Positions 28,732-37,959 of a DNA stretch of 55,727 bases are shown here, piece after piece. Source of the DNA: a virus (lineage: Duplodnaviria; Caudoviricetes); IMG/VR virus record IMGVR_UViG_3300045999_001046, positions 1 through 55,727 of that record; one strand, 5' to 3'. The translations under genes and the position numbers were made by a program. Position 1 is the stretch's first letter, and each line of letters opens with the position of its first letter. The notes under the pieces are model-generated. The model had not been told where the DNA came from and searched no databases. It was given only the letters and a program-made list of their open reading frames with translations.

Positions 28732-30062
28732 TATGCTGCTCCTTTTAACAAGGCTACTTCTGCTTTAGTTGCGTCTAGCTCTGCTTTGAGTTCTTGGATG
28801 CACTTCATTAGCGCATATTGCAGGTCTGTTTGGTAGATCGACAGGCGCATCTTAGGTTCTTCGTCTTTTCCTGCCCAGTTACTCTCCATGACTAACTCAG
28901 GCGCAACCTCTTGCACGTCCTGAGCTACAACACCCAGCGTCAAGCCCGGGTCATCTTCCATGTTCTGGTCGATGTAGTTAAACGTCTGAACAGGGATCGC
29001 GCAAATCTTCGACAGGTATTCACCAGCAGGTGCAAAGTTGATTTTCTCTCGGCGGTCAGACAGATTGACGTTGTTCCCGCTGAAGTTGGCAATACCGCCG
29101 TTGGAGCGAATGACGCATCTTGCCGCTGCGTTATCGCCACAATATAAGAAGCGTGCCGTAACATCATTTGGCGCATAGTTACGAAATTCCGAAAGAACCA
29201 AAGCATCAGTGTATCCGCTTGATGCGGTACTAAAAGCAGCAAGCAAAGGCACATTAGATGCATTACGCGCACCAAGCAGAGCGTTTGTAGCGGTTGTATC
29301 TCCAACCACAAAATTGCCGCCGGAAGTGATACGGGCGCGTTCGGTTCCACCAGTAGAAAAGCCAAGAACACCGGCTCCTGCTCGGAACATACCAACGTCA
29401 CTTTGGTTGGTAAACGTATATGTTGGCGCAGAAGCCGTACCATCAGCAATCAGCATTCCACCAGTGATACGAATGTTGCCTGCGCCTGCGTCCGCTGTAG
29501 TCCCAACAGATAAACCACCTGCCGCACTTAGCGTCATCGCCTGTGTGAAGGTGATAGCGTTACCTGCTGTGCCGGAGGGTGCTACGTACCAACGATGTTG
29601 ACCCGATGGCAGGTTTTGCTGATACATCGTGGCAAAGTTGCTATTGATGTACCTAAATGTGTTATTTGCTGAGGCGTAAAAGTTTGAGCCTAATATTGTG
29701 GTTCCATTGCCGTTATCGTTAGCAAGAACAGACCACCCGTCTTGGAACTGAATTGCACGATATTGAGTGCCAGAAGCCCACGCACTCGGCGTACCACTTA
29801 ATCCAACGTTCCCACTCGCATCAATCCTCATGCTCTCAACACCGCCCTCTGAGAAAGCAATCGTGTCAGCAGCAGGGGAGAAAATACCCGTGTTGGTATC
29901 TCCTGAGAACGTCAATGACGGGGCAGCAGCACTACCGCCTTGAATCGTCATAGGACTCGTTACAAACGATGCAGCACCCGCCGATGTCAGCGTAATAGCG
30001 TCTACACCGCCTACTTGGATAGCTGCACTGCCATCGACGTTAGCTTTTATTCCGGCTGTCAC
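28731..30062 (-). CDS. tail fibre with C-terminal intramolecular chaperone (peptidase S74)
   Basis: Repeated TERARI/SMRID fibre units; SDRREKINF autocleavage site, GVVAQDVQEVAPELV, terminal coiled coil. Confidence 0.85.
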   Translation of the reverse strand: MTAGIKANVDGSAAIQVGGVDAITLTSAGAASFVTSPMTIQGGSAAAPSLTFSGDTNTGIFSPAADTIAFSEGGVESMRIDASGNVGLSGTPSAWASGTQYRAIQFQDGWSVLANDNGNGTTILGSNFYASANNTFRYINSNFATMYQQNLPSGQHRWYVAPSGTAGNAITFTQAMTLSAAGGLSVGTTADAGAGNIRITGGMLIADGTASAPTYTFTNQSDVGMFRAGAGVLGFSTGGTERARITSGGNFVVGDTTATNALLGARNASNVPLLAAFSTASSGYTDALVLSEFRNYAPNDVTARFLYCGDNAAARCVIRSNGGIANFSGNNVNLSDRREKINFAPAGEYLSKICAIPVQTFNYIDQNMEDDPGLTLGVVAQDVQEVAPELVMESNWAGKDEEPKMRLSIYQTDLQYALMKCIQELKAELDATKAEVALLKGAA

Positions 30063-30063
30063 A

Positions 30064-30315
30064 TTACTCTCCTAGCGGCTGAGTAGCCTGTTGCTCCTGA
30101 TACGCTGTAATTACTTCAGGTGTCCATGCGGTATTGCAAATCGCTACAACCTTCTCAGGCTGGTCAGTCAAATCCTGTCCCGGCGTTAAAGATGTACGAT
30201 GGTAAGTTTGGGTCAGCACCTTGCCGTCTTCAATGATGCGGGTTGCTTCACGGTAAAAAACAGTGCCGCTCTCAACCACAGTAATTTGATCCACAACTGT
30301 TTCTTTGGTAATCAT
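30064..30315 (-). CDS. tail fibre assembly/chaperone-like protein, copy 1
   Basis: YREATRIIEDGKVLTQTYHR shared with 27536-27790. Confidence 0.65.
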   Translation of the reverse strand: MITKETVVDQITVVESGTVFYREATRIIEDGKVLTQTYHRTSLTPGQDLTDQPEKVVAICNTAWTPEVITAYQEQQATQPLGE

Positions 30316-30354
30316 GAGTTTTCCTTTCCGTCTGCATCAGTCCAATGCAGATAA

Positions 30355-31284
30355 TTAAACTAAGTAAGTTCCGCCAAATGCTACGTAAAAACTATTACTT
30401 ATATCTCCGTATGAAATTTCAGTTGTGTTACCAGTCCCGTTTGGATACCTAATCACAAAAAACGAAGTTGCTCCTTCAACCATCAATTCTCTAGGGCTGT
30501 TATTTACGGTTATCGATTGTGTATTACCAACAGCAAGTCCACCACGATCACCAATGGTTTGGAAAGGTAATGATATTCGAACCGATCCAGAACCAGTTCC
30601 TTTAGAACTTAAACTAACTGCACCTTGAACCGTAACAACATTACCCATTTTTGTGTAATAGCCAGTTCTTGCAGCGTAAGTTACTCCGCTAGTTGAGCCA
30701 CTGTAAGATACAGTAATATTCCAAGTACCTTCCTCATAATCATCTAACGTATTGGCGTTAGACGATGCAGATTGCGTAGCTGGGAAGGTAATGCCTGTGC
30801 CGTTTGCAGTTGTGTCACCACCAGACAAAATCAAAGTCTTTGCCGTGGCACTAAAACGCGCTGTCTCGCTGCCTCCGGTGTAGAAGGTCATGGGGACAAA
30901 ACCGGACGTGCCATTAGCTTCAGAAGTAACGCGGGATTCTGTTGTTCCAATCTGCGCAATTGCGATTGAGGGAGCGTTGGTCGGATCAGATGCTCCATAC
31001 GCACGCATAACTGAAACAGTTGCGGTTCCGTTTGGGATTGCCGCTATGTTGGTGTTTGCGTTCGTCGTACTGTTTTGGAACATCACACGGTTAGCTACCG
31101 TCGCATTGCTGAAGTCGCCAGTGATGCGCTGCGCTGTGCCAGAGAAATTAACGCTCTGATCCGTACCTACCGTGATCGCAGTCGTACCAGCCCCTGTACC
31201 CGTTCTGATTTCTAAGATACCCGTGGCATCTGACGTTATCTGTGCGCCTGATGCTACGTTACCCGCTTTAAGTATCGTTGCCAT
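30355..31284 (-). CDS. tail fibre/receptor-binding protein
   Basis: Paralogue of 27802-28731 (GTGIxFPATQSASSxANTLDDYEEGTW). Confidence 0.75.
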   Translation of the reverse strand: MATILKAGNVASGAQITSDATGILEIRTGTGAGTTAITVGTDQSVNFSGTAQRITGDFSNATVANRVMFQNSTTNANTNIAAIPNGTATVSVMRAYGASDPTNAPSIAIAQIGTTESRVTSEANGTSGFVPMTFYTGGSETARFSATAKTLILSGGDTTANGTGITFPATQSASSNANTLDDYEEGTWNITVSYSGSTSGVTYAARTGYYTKMGNVVTVQGAVSLSSKGTGSGSVRISLPFQTIGDRGGLAVGNTQSITVNNSPRELMVEGATSFFVIRYPNGTGNTTEISYGDISNSFYVAFGGTYLV

Positions 31285-31293
31285 GTTTATCCT

Positions 31294-32226
31294 TTACACC
31301 ACAGTCCAGAACGAGCCATCAGGCACGGTGACGGTCACACCGTCAGCCACAGTAATTGTTCCCGCTGACATTGCATTGCTGCCGCTGGGGATAGAGTAGC
31401 TGGTCGATACCGTTGCACCGTTGACGAATATGCCGTTAGAAGCCACCACCGTCTGCGCTGTTACCGTCGTTAAGCTAATACTTGTAGACCACTGCGGCGC
31501 TGAGCCGCTCGATGTCAGTACGGTGTTTGCCGCACCGATGCCAAGTTTAGTTAGTGCCGTGCCTGCTGCATAGTAGGGAAGGTCCCCGGCTGTGTAGCTT
31601 GATAGCCCCGTACCACCGTTAGATGTGATGAGCGTACCGGCGACGGTTACCGCGCCCTGTGTGGTTGTTGCTGGTGTTAACCCCGTGGTGCCAAACGTAA
31701 TGCTAGTTACTGCAACACCTGTCGGGTCAGACCACTGCGGCGCTGTGCCAGTTGAAGTTAGAAACCGCCCGTTAGCCCCAATAGGCAACTTAGTAAATGC
31801 CGTGCCTGTCGCAAAGTAAGGCAGGTCGCCCGCCGTGTAGCTAGATAGCCCTGTACCGCCGCTTGTCGTTAGTACCGTAGCTGATGTTGCCGGGACGATG
31901 TTGGTGCCGTCTGAATAGACAGACCGGCCTGCCGGGTACGTGACAAAGACATCTTTACTGTTGGCGGCGAAGTTAATAAGCGCCGTGGTGCCTAGCGAGT
32001 TTGCCAGCACTGTGTCACGGGAGAGCGTCGTTCCTACGGCAGTGTAAGTGCCGACCCCGACTTCCCATGTGTTAGCGATGTTGTCAACGATGGCGTAGTA
32101 GGTCGTGTTACCGTTGCCTATCGCTGAAAATGCTTGGAACCCTGCTACCGCACCGTCTAGCGTCAAAGTGCCAGTACCGGCGGTTATCGAGGTTTCCTTT
32201 ACTCGGTCTTTGACTACAAGTGGCAT
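31294..32226 (-). CDS. proximal tail fibre protein
   Basis: DRVKET..WEVGVG N-terminal domain; duplicated GGTGLSSYTAGDLPY repeat. Confidence 0.7.
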   Translation of the reverse strand: MPLVVKDRVKETSITAGTGTLTLDGAVAGFQAFSAIGNGNTTYYAIVDNIANTWEVGVGTYTAVGTTLSRDTVLANSLGTTALINFAANSKDVFVTYPAGRSVYSDGTNIVPATSATVLTTSGGTGLSSYTAGDLPYFATGTAFTKLPIGANGRFLTSTGTAPQWSDPTGVAVTSITFGTTGLTPATTTQGAVTVAGTLITSNGGTGLSSYTAGDLPYYAAGTALTKLGIGAANTVLTSSGSAPQWSTSISLTTVTAQTVVASNGIFVNGATVSTSYSIPSGSNAMSAGTITVADGVTVTVPDGSFWTVV

Positions 32227-32234
32227 GTTAGTTC

Positions 32235-33116
32235 CTATACTGTCTCAATAATACTCCAACCGGGTGGTTGATCCGTATCAAGCGTAGCCCATTCGCTGTT
32301 CGTATTGCTCGGTATATCCACCCACGTGCCCTGCGATATTTGTGTGGTTGTATTGCCTGCAAACGTCGTCTCAGAGAACCCAAACCCGCTAAATGTTGCT
32401 ACCGTCGAAACCACTACCGGCGGTACCGGCGGCTGCGAAGTCTCAATCAACTCCCACAAGTAACGGCAGGTAAACGCGTCTGCCGCTGCAAACTGTTCTA
32501 ACAATGATGCAACAAATACCGCCCCTGCTGCATTGGCATCGCTGCCGGTTACCGATTCACTAACCGCTACTACAAAATCCGTCTGGGCTGCGCTGCTATC
32601 ACTGCCTGCAACCGTTTCACTTATTTCACTTATAAAGCCTACCTGCGCGGCTTCTGTACTGCTTGCATTGATCGTCTCAGCAACGTCGTTAAACAGCACC
32701 AGCGAAATGATGTAGTCAGGGTCGCTTAGCGTTACCGTCTCGCTTACCGCTGCCGCAAAGTCTATCTGCGCTGCTTCAGCATCACTACCGCTTGCTGTCT
32801 CGCTAACTGCTACAACGAAATCTACCTGCGCTGCCTCTGTACTACTTGCACCAACCGTTTCACTTATTGCACTTACAAAATCAAGCTGTGCCGCCTGACT
32901 ATCTGAACCGGCTACTGTCTCGCTTACTGCTGCGTTGACATTGAACTGCGCTGCTACTGCATCTGATCCTGTTACTGTCTCACTTACCGCTGCAAGGACA
33001 TCAAACTGAGCAACTACTGCATCACTGGCTGTTATCGACTCAGAGATCGAAACCGCGAACGTATTCCCGCCCAGTGTGGAAAAGGGCGCTTGTGCGAAGG
33101 TTGTGATGCCAAACAT
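32235..33116 (-). CDS. acidic virion protein with 20-aa tandem repeats
   Basis: About 9-10 units like AAVSETVxGSDxxAAQxDFV (60-bp period). Confidence 0.75.
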   Translation of the reverse strand: MFGITTFAQAPFSTLGGNTFAVSISESITASDAVVAQFDVLAAVSETVTGSDAVAAQFNVNAAVSETVAGSDSQAAQLDFVSAISETVGASSTEAAQVDFVVAVSETASGSDAEAAQIDFAAAVSETVTLSDPDYIISLVLFNDVAETINASSTEAAQVGFISEISETVAGSDSSAAQTDFVVAVSESVTGSDANAAGAVFVASLLEQFAAADAFTCRYLWELIETSQPPVPPVVVSTVATFSGFGFSETTFAGNTTTQISQGTWVDIPSNTNSEWATLDTDQPPGWSIIETV

Positions 33117-33130
33117 GCGCCCTTAACCTC

Positions 33131-33307
33131 TTATCCTGCCGTCAGTTGATCCTCATCAAACCAGCGCGACTGCGTAACTTCATCGCTATCAGTCCAAGTA
33201 ATCAAGTACTGAATGTTGCCGTCCTCGTCCATCTTCATGGCTTCTACCGGGCCTTGTGGGATTACACCCTTGGCCTTGACGGTGTCGCCCTTCTTAAATG
33301 CCGCCAT
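33131..33307 (-). CDS. small SH3-like (YodC/DUF2158-like) protein
   Basis: SD GGAGG; FKKGDTVK...WFDEDQL. Confidence 0.65.
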   Translation of the reverse strand: MAAFKKGDTVKAKGVIPQGPVEAMKMDEDGNIQYLITWTDSDEVTQSRWFDEDQLTAG

Positions 33308-33317
33308 ATATCCTCCG

Positions 33318-33893
33318 TTACGCTGCGTCTGCGTTGAATGTGTATGTGACGTTGACCGTGTCACCCGAAGCTACGATCTTGTCCCCACCAGTGAAGTCAC
33401 CTTCCGAGAACAGGATGCCCGACGTGCCGGTTGCCACCGAAGCCAAGAACGCACCCGCTACCGTGCCGCCACCACCGGAAATCACAAACGACGAAGGTGA
33501 ACCCGAGTTATCAATCACCGACGGATCAGCCAGTGTCGGTGAGCCAAATGTCACCGCCTTGCGGTTGCCGGTGTAGTTTGTGAACTCAGTCCAGCCAGCG
33601 TGTGTAGCCAGCGTATCGCCAGCGTTGTAAGTAGTGCTAGACCCCGGACCTGTAATCAGACCAAGATACCAAGCCGCGCTATAAGTTACGCCCTTGAAGT
33701 ACTTGTTGTTCAAGTCTTGCAGACCTTCGTTGACGACGAGATTATGGAAGGTGTCCTCCCACTTCAGGTTGCCGTCAGCGTCGAAGCACTGCACGTTAAA
33801 CACACCGCCCAGACCCACACGAGCGTCGCCTTGCGCGGACTTGCCTACGCCAGCCTGAACAGTTTCACCCATTTGCGATTTTGCGATAGGCAT
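33318..33893 (-). CDS. virion structural protein
   Basis: KWEDTFHNLVVNEG..SGDTVNVTY beta-rich pattern; context. Confidence 0.65.
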   Translation of the reverse strand: MPIAKSQMGETVQAGVGKSAQGDARVGLGGVFNVQCFDADGNLKWEDTFHNLVVNEGLQDLNNKYFKGVTYSAAWYLGLITGPGSSTTYNAGDTLATHAGWTEFTNYTGNRKAVTFGSPTLADPSVIDNSGSPSSFVISGGGGTVAGAFLASVATGTSGILFSEGDFTGGDKIVASGDTVNVTYTFNADAA

Positions 33894-33902
33894 GATGACC
33901 TC

Positions 33903-34337
33903 TTAAGGAAAACGAATTAAAGCCGTCGTAGCCGTATTAGCTGGCATAGTGACGGTATTGCTGGTTGAAGTAAACGTCTTATCTGAACCAAAGTCCAGCA
34001 CCGCTACGGTCTTGTTGCTGCGAGTCACGTTGTAGATCAAAGCCCCACGAGCGATAAAGTTAGCACCGGGCCACGACACGTCATTAAAGTCCACAAACAC
34101 CGTACCTGCGTTGGGGCCAGTCGTCTCAGTGCTAATTGTCACACCCGTCATCGTCACGCCACCTGCCGTGTAACCCGTGCCGGTCACTTCGTTATCTGTT
34201 GTGTACACAGTCGTCAACTGCCCAATATCAGAAAACGCTGTATACAACGCCATCTTCAGCGTGTCGGTCGCCAAGTTCTGCCCCGCTTGGAGCATCTCTT
34301 GTTTGAAGCTATTCGTTAGGCCCTGTTGGATAGGCAT
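33903..34337 (-). CDS. virion structural protein
   Basis: SFKQEML..LKMALYT..GYTAGG..ARGALIYN..VLDFG. Confidence 0.65.
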   Translation of the reverse strand: MPIQQGLTNSFKQEMLQAGQNLATDTLKMALYTAFSDIGQLTTVYTTDNEVTGTGYTAGGVTMTGVTISTETTGPNAGTVFVDFNDVSWPGANFIARGALIYNVTRSNKTVAVLDFGSDKTFTSTSNTVTMPANTATTALIRFP

Positions 34338-35047
34338 TATGGGTTCACCTTAATCTTTGCCTGCCCATCGCGGTAAGCATCACCACGCTCCAGACCTGTA
34401 CCCAGACGATTGAGCTGACCTATAGCCTCTTGGTATTTCTTCTCGTACTGGGCAATCATGTCCGCTTCACCTTTCAAGAAGGTGTACGCCTCAACCAAAG
34501 TGCCATACAACAGCACCGGCGAGTAGTTATCGCCCAGCCACGTGCGGTTACCTACAGTAATGCTTTCTGGGTAGTAGTAATAATGCAATTCAACTACATA
34601 CGCGTTGTTCGGTGTCGGAGCCAGAATAAAACTCAACTCATCTGTGATGATGTTGTTAGCCACCGTAGGGCCAAACAGCGCGTAGTACTTAGGGACGCCT
34701 GTGTCAGACGGGCTTGGATACGCTGCCCGCATAAAGTTCACGTCTTTATTCAGGAGATACTCGTAGCTACCACTATCGATTACCGCCATCGAGAACACCG
34801 ACAGAAAGTCAGCAGGGCAAGACAAATACTTGTTGCCGTTAGTGGTCACACCGGTGACGTTCTTACGCAGTGCAGGAATCTGCACCGAGTTGTAAACGCG
34901 CTCTTCAGCTTGCGTGATAAAGAAATTAATCTGGCTCGTACCATCAGACGTGGTTGTGCCAGTCCCTACTACGTTCGTCCAAGTGTTCGTTGGAAAATCG
35001 TTTTGCAGGTAGTTCTTAACCGCAATGAAAAGCTCGTTGTACGTCAT
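34337..35047 (-). CDS. head-tail adaptor/tail tubular-like protein
   Basis: MTYNEL..FITQAEERV..PTP..LLYGTL; size and position. Confidence 0.55.
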   Translation of the reverse strand: MTYNELFIAVKNYLQNDFPTNTWTNVVGTGTTTSDGTSQINFFITQAEERVYNSVQIPALRKNVTGVTTNGNKYLSCPADFLSVFSMAVIDSGSYEYLLNKDVNFMRAAYPSPSDTGVPKYYALFGPTVANNIITDELSFILAPTPNNAYVVELHYYYYPESITVGNRTWLGDNYSPVLLYGTLVEAYTFLKGEADMIAQYEKKYQEAIGQLNRLGTGLERGDAYRDGQAKIKVNP

Positions 35048-35049
35048 GA

Positions 35050-35244
35050 TTAACCCATCGGGCCTCGTGCCATCACGCCCTTAGTAGCAGCACCGGTACC
35101 GCGAATCTTGATGCCGGTCGTCTTGGCTTCTTTGTAGTTGCCCTTGCTAACGACACCACCTGCGATATTCATCTCGTTGGTGTACTCAGTGCCGGTCTTG
35201 TTCTTGACCTCGGCCTTGTACGGGGAGGGTTTGATCTTTTCCAT
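35050..35244 (-). CDS. small basic protein
   Basis: SD GAGGTG; RGTGAATKG; TAATG coupling. Confidence 0.7.
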   Translation of the reverse strand: MEKIKPSPYKAEVKNKTGTEYTNEMNIAGGVVSKGNYKEAKTTGIKIRGTGAATKGVMARGPMG

Positions 35245-35408
35245 TAGCCACCTCGACCGGTAGAACGCTGGTTCATCACACGCGCCATATTGCGCCCGTA
35301 TTTCTTCATAGCCTCAGAGGTCACGCCACCTTTAGCCATGCCCTTCTTGTGCATCCGCTTTTCATGCGCCTTGACTTCCGCCTTGGCTATTTTCTTCATG
35401 CTGTCCAT
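35244..35408 (-). CDS. 54-aa basic protein (MDSMKKIAKAEV...GMAKGG...), not in the ORF track
   Basis: SD AGGAG; stop overlaps next ATG. Confidence 0.7.
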   Translation of the reverse strand: MDSMKKIAKAEVKAHEKRMHKKGMAKGGVTSEAMKKYGRNMARVMNQRSTGRGG

Positions 35409-35416
35409 AGTCACTC

Positions 35417-35839
35417 CTACGAAATTGTTACGTTACCTACTACACCGGCAGAAGTTAAAGCGTTTGGCGTTAACCCCACATCGTTACCACTTGCTCCGCC
35501 CACTGGGTACCAACCCCACTGGAATATCCGGCTACCACCTTCTGGGAACCCGTCAGCATCAACCGAAGTTCCCGGTGTTTCAGTTAGTTGCAACCCACTA
35601 TAGCCCGACTGCCTGTAGCTTATATCCGGTCTTGGTTCCCGCACTGCTTGTGGGTCATTAACTGGGTACAAACCTAATGATAGCTGTGGCTGATCCGGCT
35701 CCCAACAATTTTTGCAAACCTTGATCGACACCTGCTTGGTCTTGATCGTCAGCTTGCGCAGCTCCTTCAACTTGTACCGAAACGCGCACCGGTCACATTC
35801 CGCAATACTGTATTTGCCACTAGAGTACTTACTTGGCAT
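35417..35839 (-). CDS. Zn-ribbon-containing morphogenesis protein
   Basis: CDRC...CKNC, DPQAVREPRPD. Confidence 0.7.
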   Translation of the reverse strand: MPSKYSSGKYSIAECDRCAFRYKLKELRKLTIKTKQVSIKVCKNCWEPDQPQLSLGLYPVNDPQAVREPRPDISYRQSGYSGLQLTETPGTSVDADGFPEGGSRIFQWGWYPVGGASGNDVGLTPNALTSAGVVGNVTIS

Positions 35840-35842
35840 ACA

Positions 35843-36586
35843 TCACCTATAGAAAGTAGTACGCGGCACAAACCGATCCGGCGCTTTTTCCCTGTCCTCC
35901 GCAGATGCATAATCCCAAGCCTCGTCGTACATCGCCTTCAACGCCACGATTCTGTTCGGGTCAACCTCGGGCTTCTTTACCGCCAGCATGTACGCCAACC
36001 CCGCCACCAAGCAGTTCTGAAAGCGGAACGGAATATCAATCACGTTCGTGCCGGTACCGGCATCATAAATACGCTTCAACCGCCAGTAATAGAATATGTA
36101 ATATGGATTACCCACCGAACCCTGATCTGGCGAGGGCCACACATTAATCTGCGGATACTTCGGAATTGCTGCGTTAGACCCAACCTGCTGCCCCGATTGG
36201 CGGTTCACCCACACCTGAATCGGACGCCCCTGCGTCAACTTGTTTGGGATAGTCGCGTAGGTAGAGACGCTTATGCGGCTGATGTTGATGTCAGTCTGGT
36301 TAGAAATCTGTCCGGAATTAGTGCGAATAACATGTTCAAGAAGATCAACGGTATCAATAGGTAGATCATAAGTCACTTGCCCCTGCACAAGATTGATTGA
36401 CCCCTGCTCGATAGTCCACAGGTTGATACCACGGTTCGCCCATTCCGTGATCAAGAAGTTCAGGGTTCTCCGAGCGGTACGAAAATCATAGCCAGTACGT
36501 AATTCCAAACCGCAACGCTCGAACGCCTCTTCGAATATCTCGTTGAGGTCGGGATTGAACGCTGTTGTATTGGTTGTAAAAGCCAT
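35843..36586 (-). CDS. head-tail adaptor (P22 gp4-like position)
   Basis: EEAFERCG..ARRTLN..WANRG..WPSPD; context. Confidence 0.55.
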   Translation of the reverse strand: MAFTTNTTAFNPDLNEIFEEAFERCGLELRTGYDFRTARRTLNFLITEWANRGINLWTIEQGSINLVQGQVTYDLPIDTVDLLEHVIRTNSGQISNQTDINISRISVSTYATIPNKLTQGRPIQVWVNRQSGQQVGSNAAIPKYPQINVWPSPDQGSVGNPYYIFYYWRLKRIYDAGTGTNVIDIPFRFQNCLVAGLAYMLAVKKPEVDPNRIVALKAMYDEAWDYASAEDREKAPDRFVPRTTFYR

Positions 36587-36819
36587 TATCTAAACCTCGC
36601 GGTCTTCTGGGCTATGCGTTTTGGTTGCGCGACGAACTGCTTGCCACTCTTCTTTCCTGCCCGTTTTGCCTTGGTCGTTGCTGCGTACTCCGCTGGACTC
36701 AGCGCCTTGATTGCGTTTGTCGGCAGGTATCTTTCGCCAGTCTTGGAGGATGGCTTGCCACTCTTTGTCCGCCATTTCTGCTCCGTCCACGCCTTCAGGC
36801 TCTGCTGCGGGGCTTTCAT
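36586..36819 (-). CDS. small very basic protein
   Basis: QQSLKAWTEQKWRTKSGK..GERYLP; coupled to neighbours. Confidence 0.75.
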   Translation of the reverse strand: MKAPQQSLKAWTEQKWRTKSGKPSSKTGERYLPTNAIKALSPAEYAATTKAKRAGKKSGKQFVAQPKRIAQKTARFR

Positions 36820-36820
36820 C

Positions 36821-37111
36821 TCACACTATCTTCCCACGGGTCTTACCACGCATAGCGCAGCCATCAGCACGGGCTGATGCGGATTTCACAACCCCGCCTT
36901 TTTTCATACTATCCAACTCAGACAGCGCACTCTTCATACGCTCTTTCGCGGGCGGGCGTGGGGCGGTTTTGTCTTTCTTGAACTTGCCATCGAGGTCTTT
37001 CAAACCTGCCTGACTTTCAATTGCTTCAAAGGCTTCTGGGCTAACGTCCTTGACCTCGCCTCTAGAACGCTTGGCTTCTATCTCTTTTACTACTTTCCGC
37101 AGATCATCCAC
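36821..37111 (-). CDS. small basic protein
   Basis: Probable GTG start overlapping upstream stop; MKKGG and RADGCAMRGKTRG. Confidence 0.65.
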   Translation of the reverse strand: MDDLRKVVKEIEAKRSRGEVKDVSPEAFEAIESQAGLKDLDGKFKKDKTAPRPPAKERMKSALSELDSMKKGGVVKSASARADGCAMRGKTRGKIV

Positions 37112-37391
37112 GATAGCCCCCGCCCTTTTCCTTGTACTTCTTCGCCAGCAACTGAGCCTTCCTCGCTGACCACTGGCCTGCTGCCGTACCCTGCACCGCT
37201 TGGCCTTTGATGCTCTCAAATAGCGACTTGCGCATACCCGGCTTGGTGTAGTTGCCAGCTTCATTCACGCGAGACTTCGTCTTGCCGCCTTCTTTGTACT
37301 GCGTGAAGTCGGTGTTATCCCGACGGGCTTTCTTTTTCCCGCCGGGCATCTTTGACGGGTTAATTGCACCCATCCCGCGTGAGGGCATCAT
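37104..37391 (-). CDS. small basic protein
   Basis: GNYTKP..GQWSARKAQLLAKKYKEKGGGY. Confidence 0.75.
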   Translation of the reverse strand: MMPSRGMGAINPSKMPGGKKKARRDNTDFTQYKEGGKTKSRVNEAGNYTKPGMRKSLFESIKGQAVQGTAAGQWSARKAQLLAKKYKEKGGGYRG

Positions 37392-37768
37392 CAGCAGTAC
37401 CCGCCTTTTTTCATACCCTTGGCACCAGCCATCACGATCTGCTTGCCACGGGTCTTGCCCTTGACAGCAACACCGTCAGCCGCTTTGTGACCAGCAGCCA
37501 GACCGCCGGAGGCCATTTTCTTGACCTTGCCACCTTTTTTCATGGCACCCATTTCAGCCGCTTCGTGCTTGATCATAGACTTAGGAGCGCCCTTCTTTTT
37601 CATGAACGCTAGTTCTTTACCAACCATCGCTTTTTCTTTCATTTCACCACCTCCTGATTTAGAGAACTCTTTGCCCACACTCATAGGTACGCCAACCTTC
37701 TTAGCGAACGAAGGCGAGTGAGCAACCGCCCTCATGAACCTTTCCTGCTTTTCACTTTTGGCTGGCAT
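37391..37768 (-). CDS. Lys/Met-rich basic protein (possible internal start at 37642)
   Basis: Three MxxGG motifs; internal SD AGGAGGTG before MKEKAM. Confidence 0.7.
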   Translation of the reverse strand: MPAKSEKQERFMRAVAHSPSFAKKVGVPMSVGKEFSKSGGGEMKEKAMVGKELAFMKKKGAPKSMIKHEAAEMGAMKKGGKVKKMASGGLAAGHKAADGVAVKGKTRGKQIVMAGAKGMKKGGYC

Positions 37769-37769
37769 A

Positions 37770-37958
37770 TCAGACCTTTATGATCCAGCCTTTGCCAGCG
37801 ATGAAGCCGACAAACAGAAGGCCAATCCAGATCAGCAGCTTCTCGACTACCGTTTTACCAACCTTCTTGTAAAACTCCGAAGACATCTCTTCGATAGCAA
37901 TCTTTGCCGCTTCTTTGGCAATAGCCCGCTCGCGTTCAGTTAGTTCAATCTCAGCCAT
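37770..37958 (-). CDS. small C-terminally anchored membrane protein
   Basis: One C-terminal TM helix; tight packing. Confidence 0.65.
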   Translation of the reverse strand: MAEIELTERERAIAKEAAKIAIEEMSSEFYKKVGKTVVEKLLIWIGLLFVGFIAGKGWIIKV

Positions 37959-37959
37959 G

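Noticed and set aside
27536-31284. Diversity-generating retroelement or invertible tail cassette
   Set aside because: No reverse transcriptase or invertase; repeats differ at synonymous sites rather than adenine-specifically; all genes are co-oriented.
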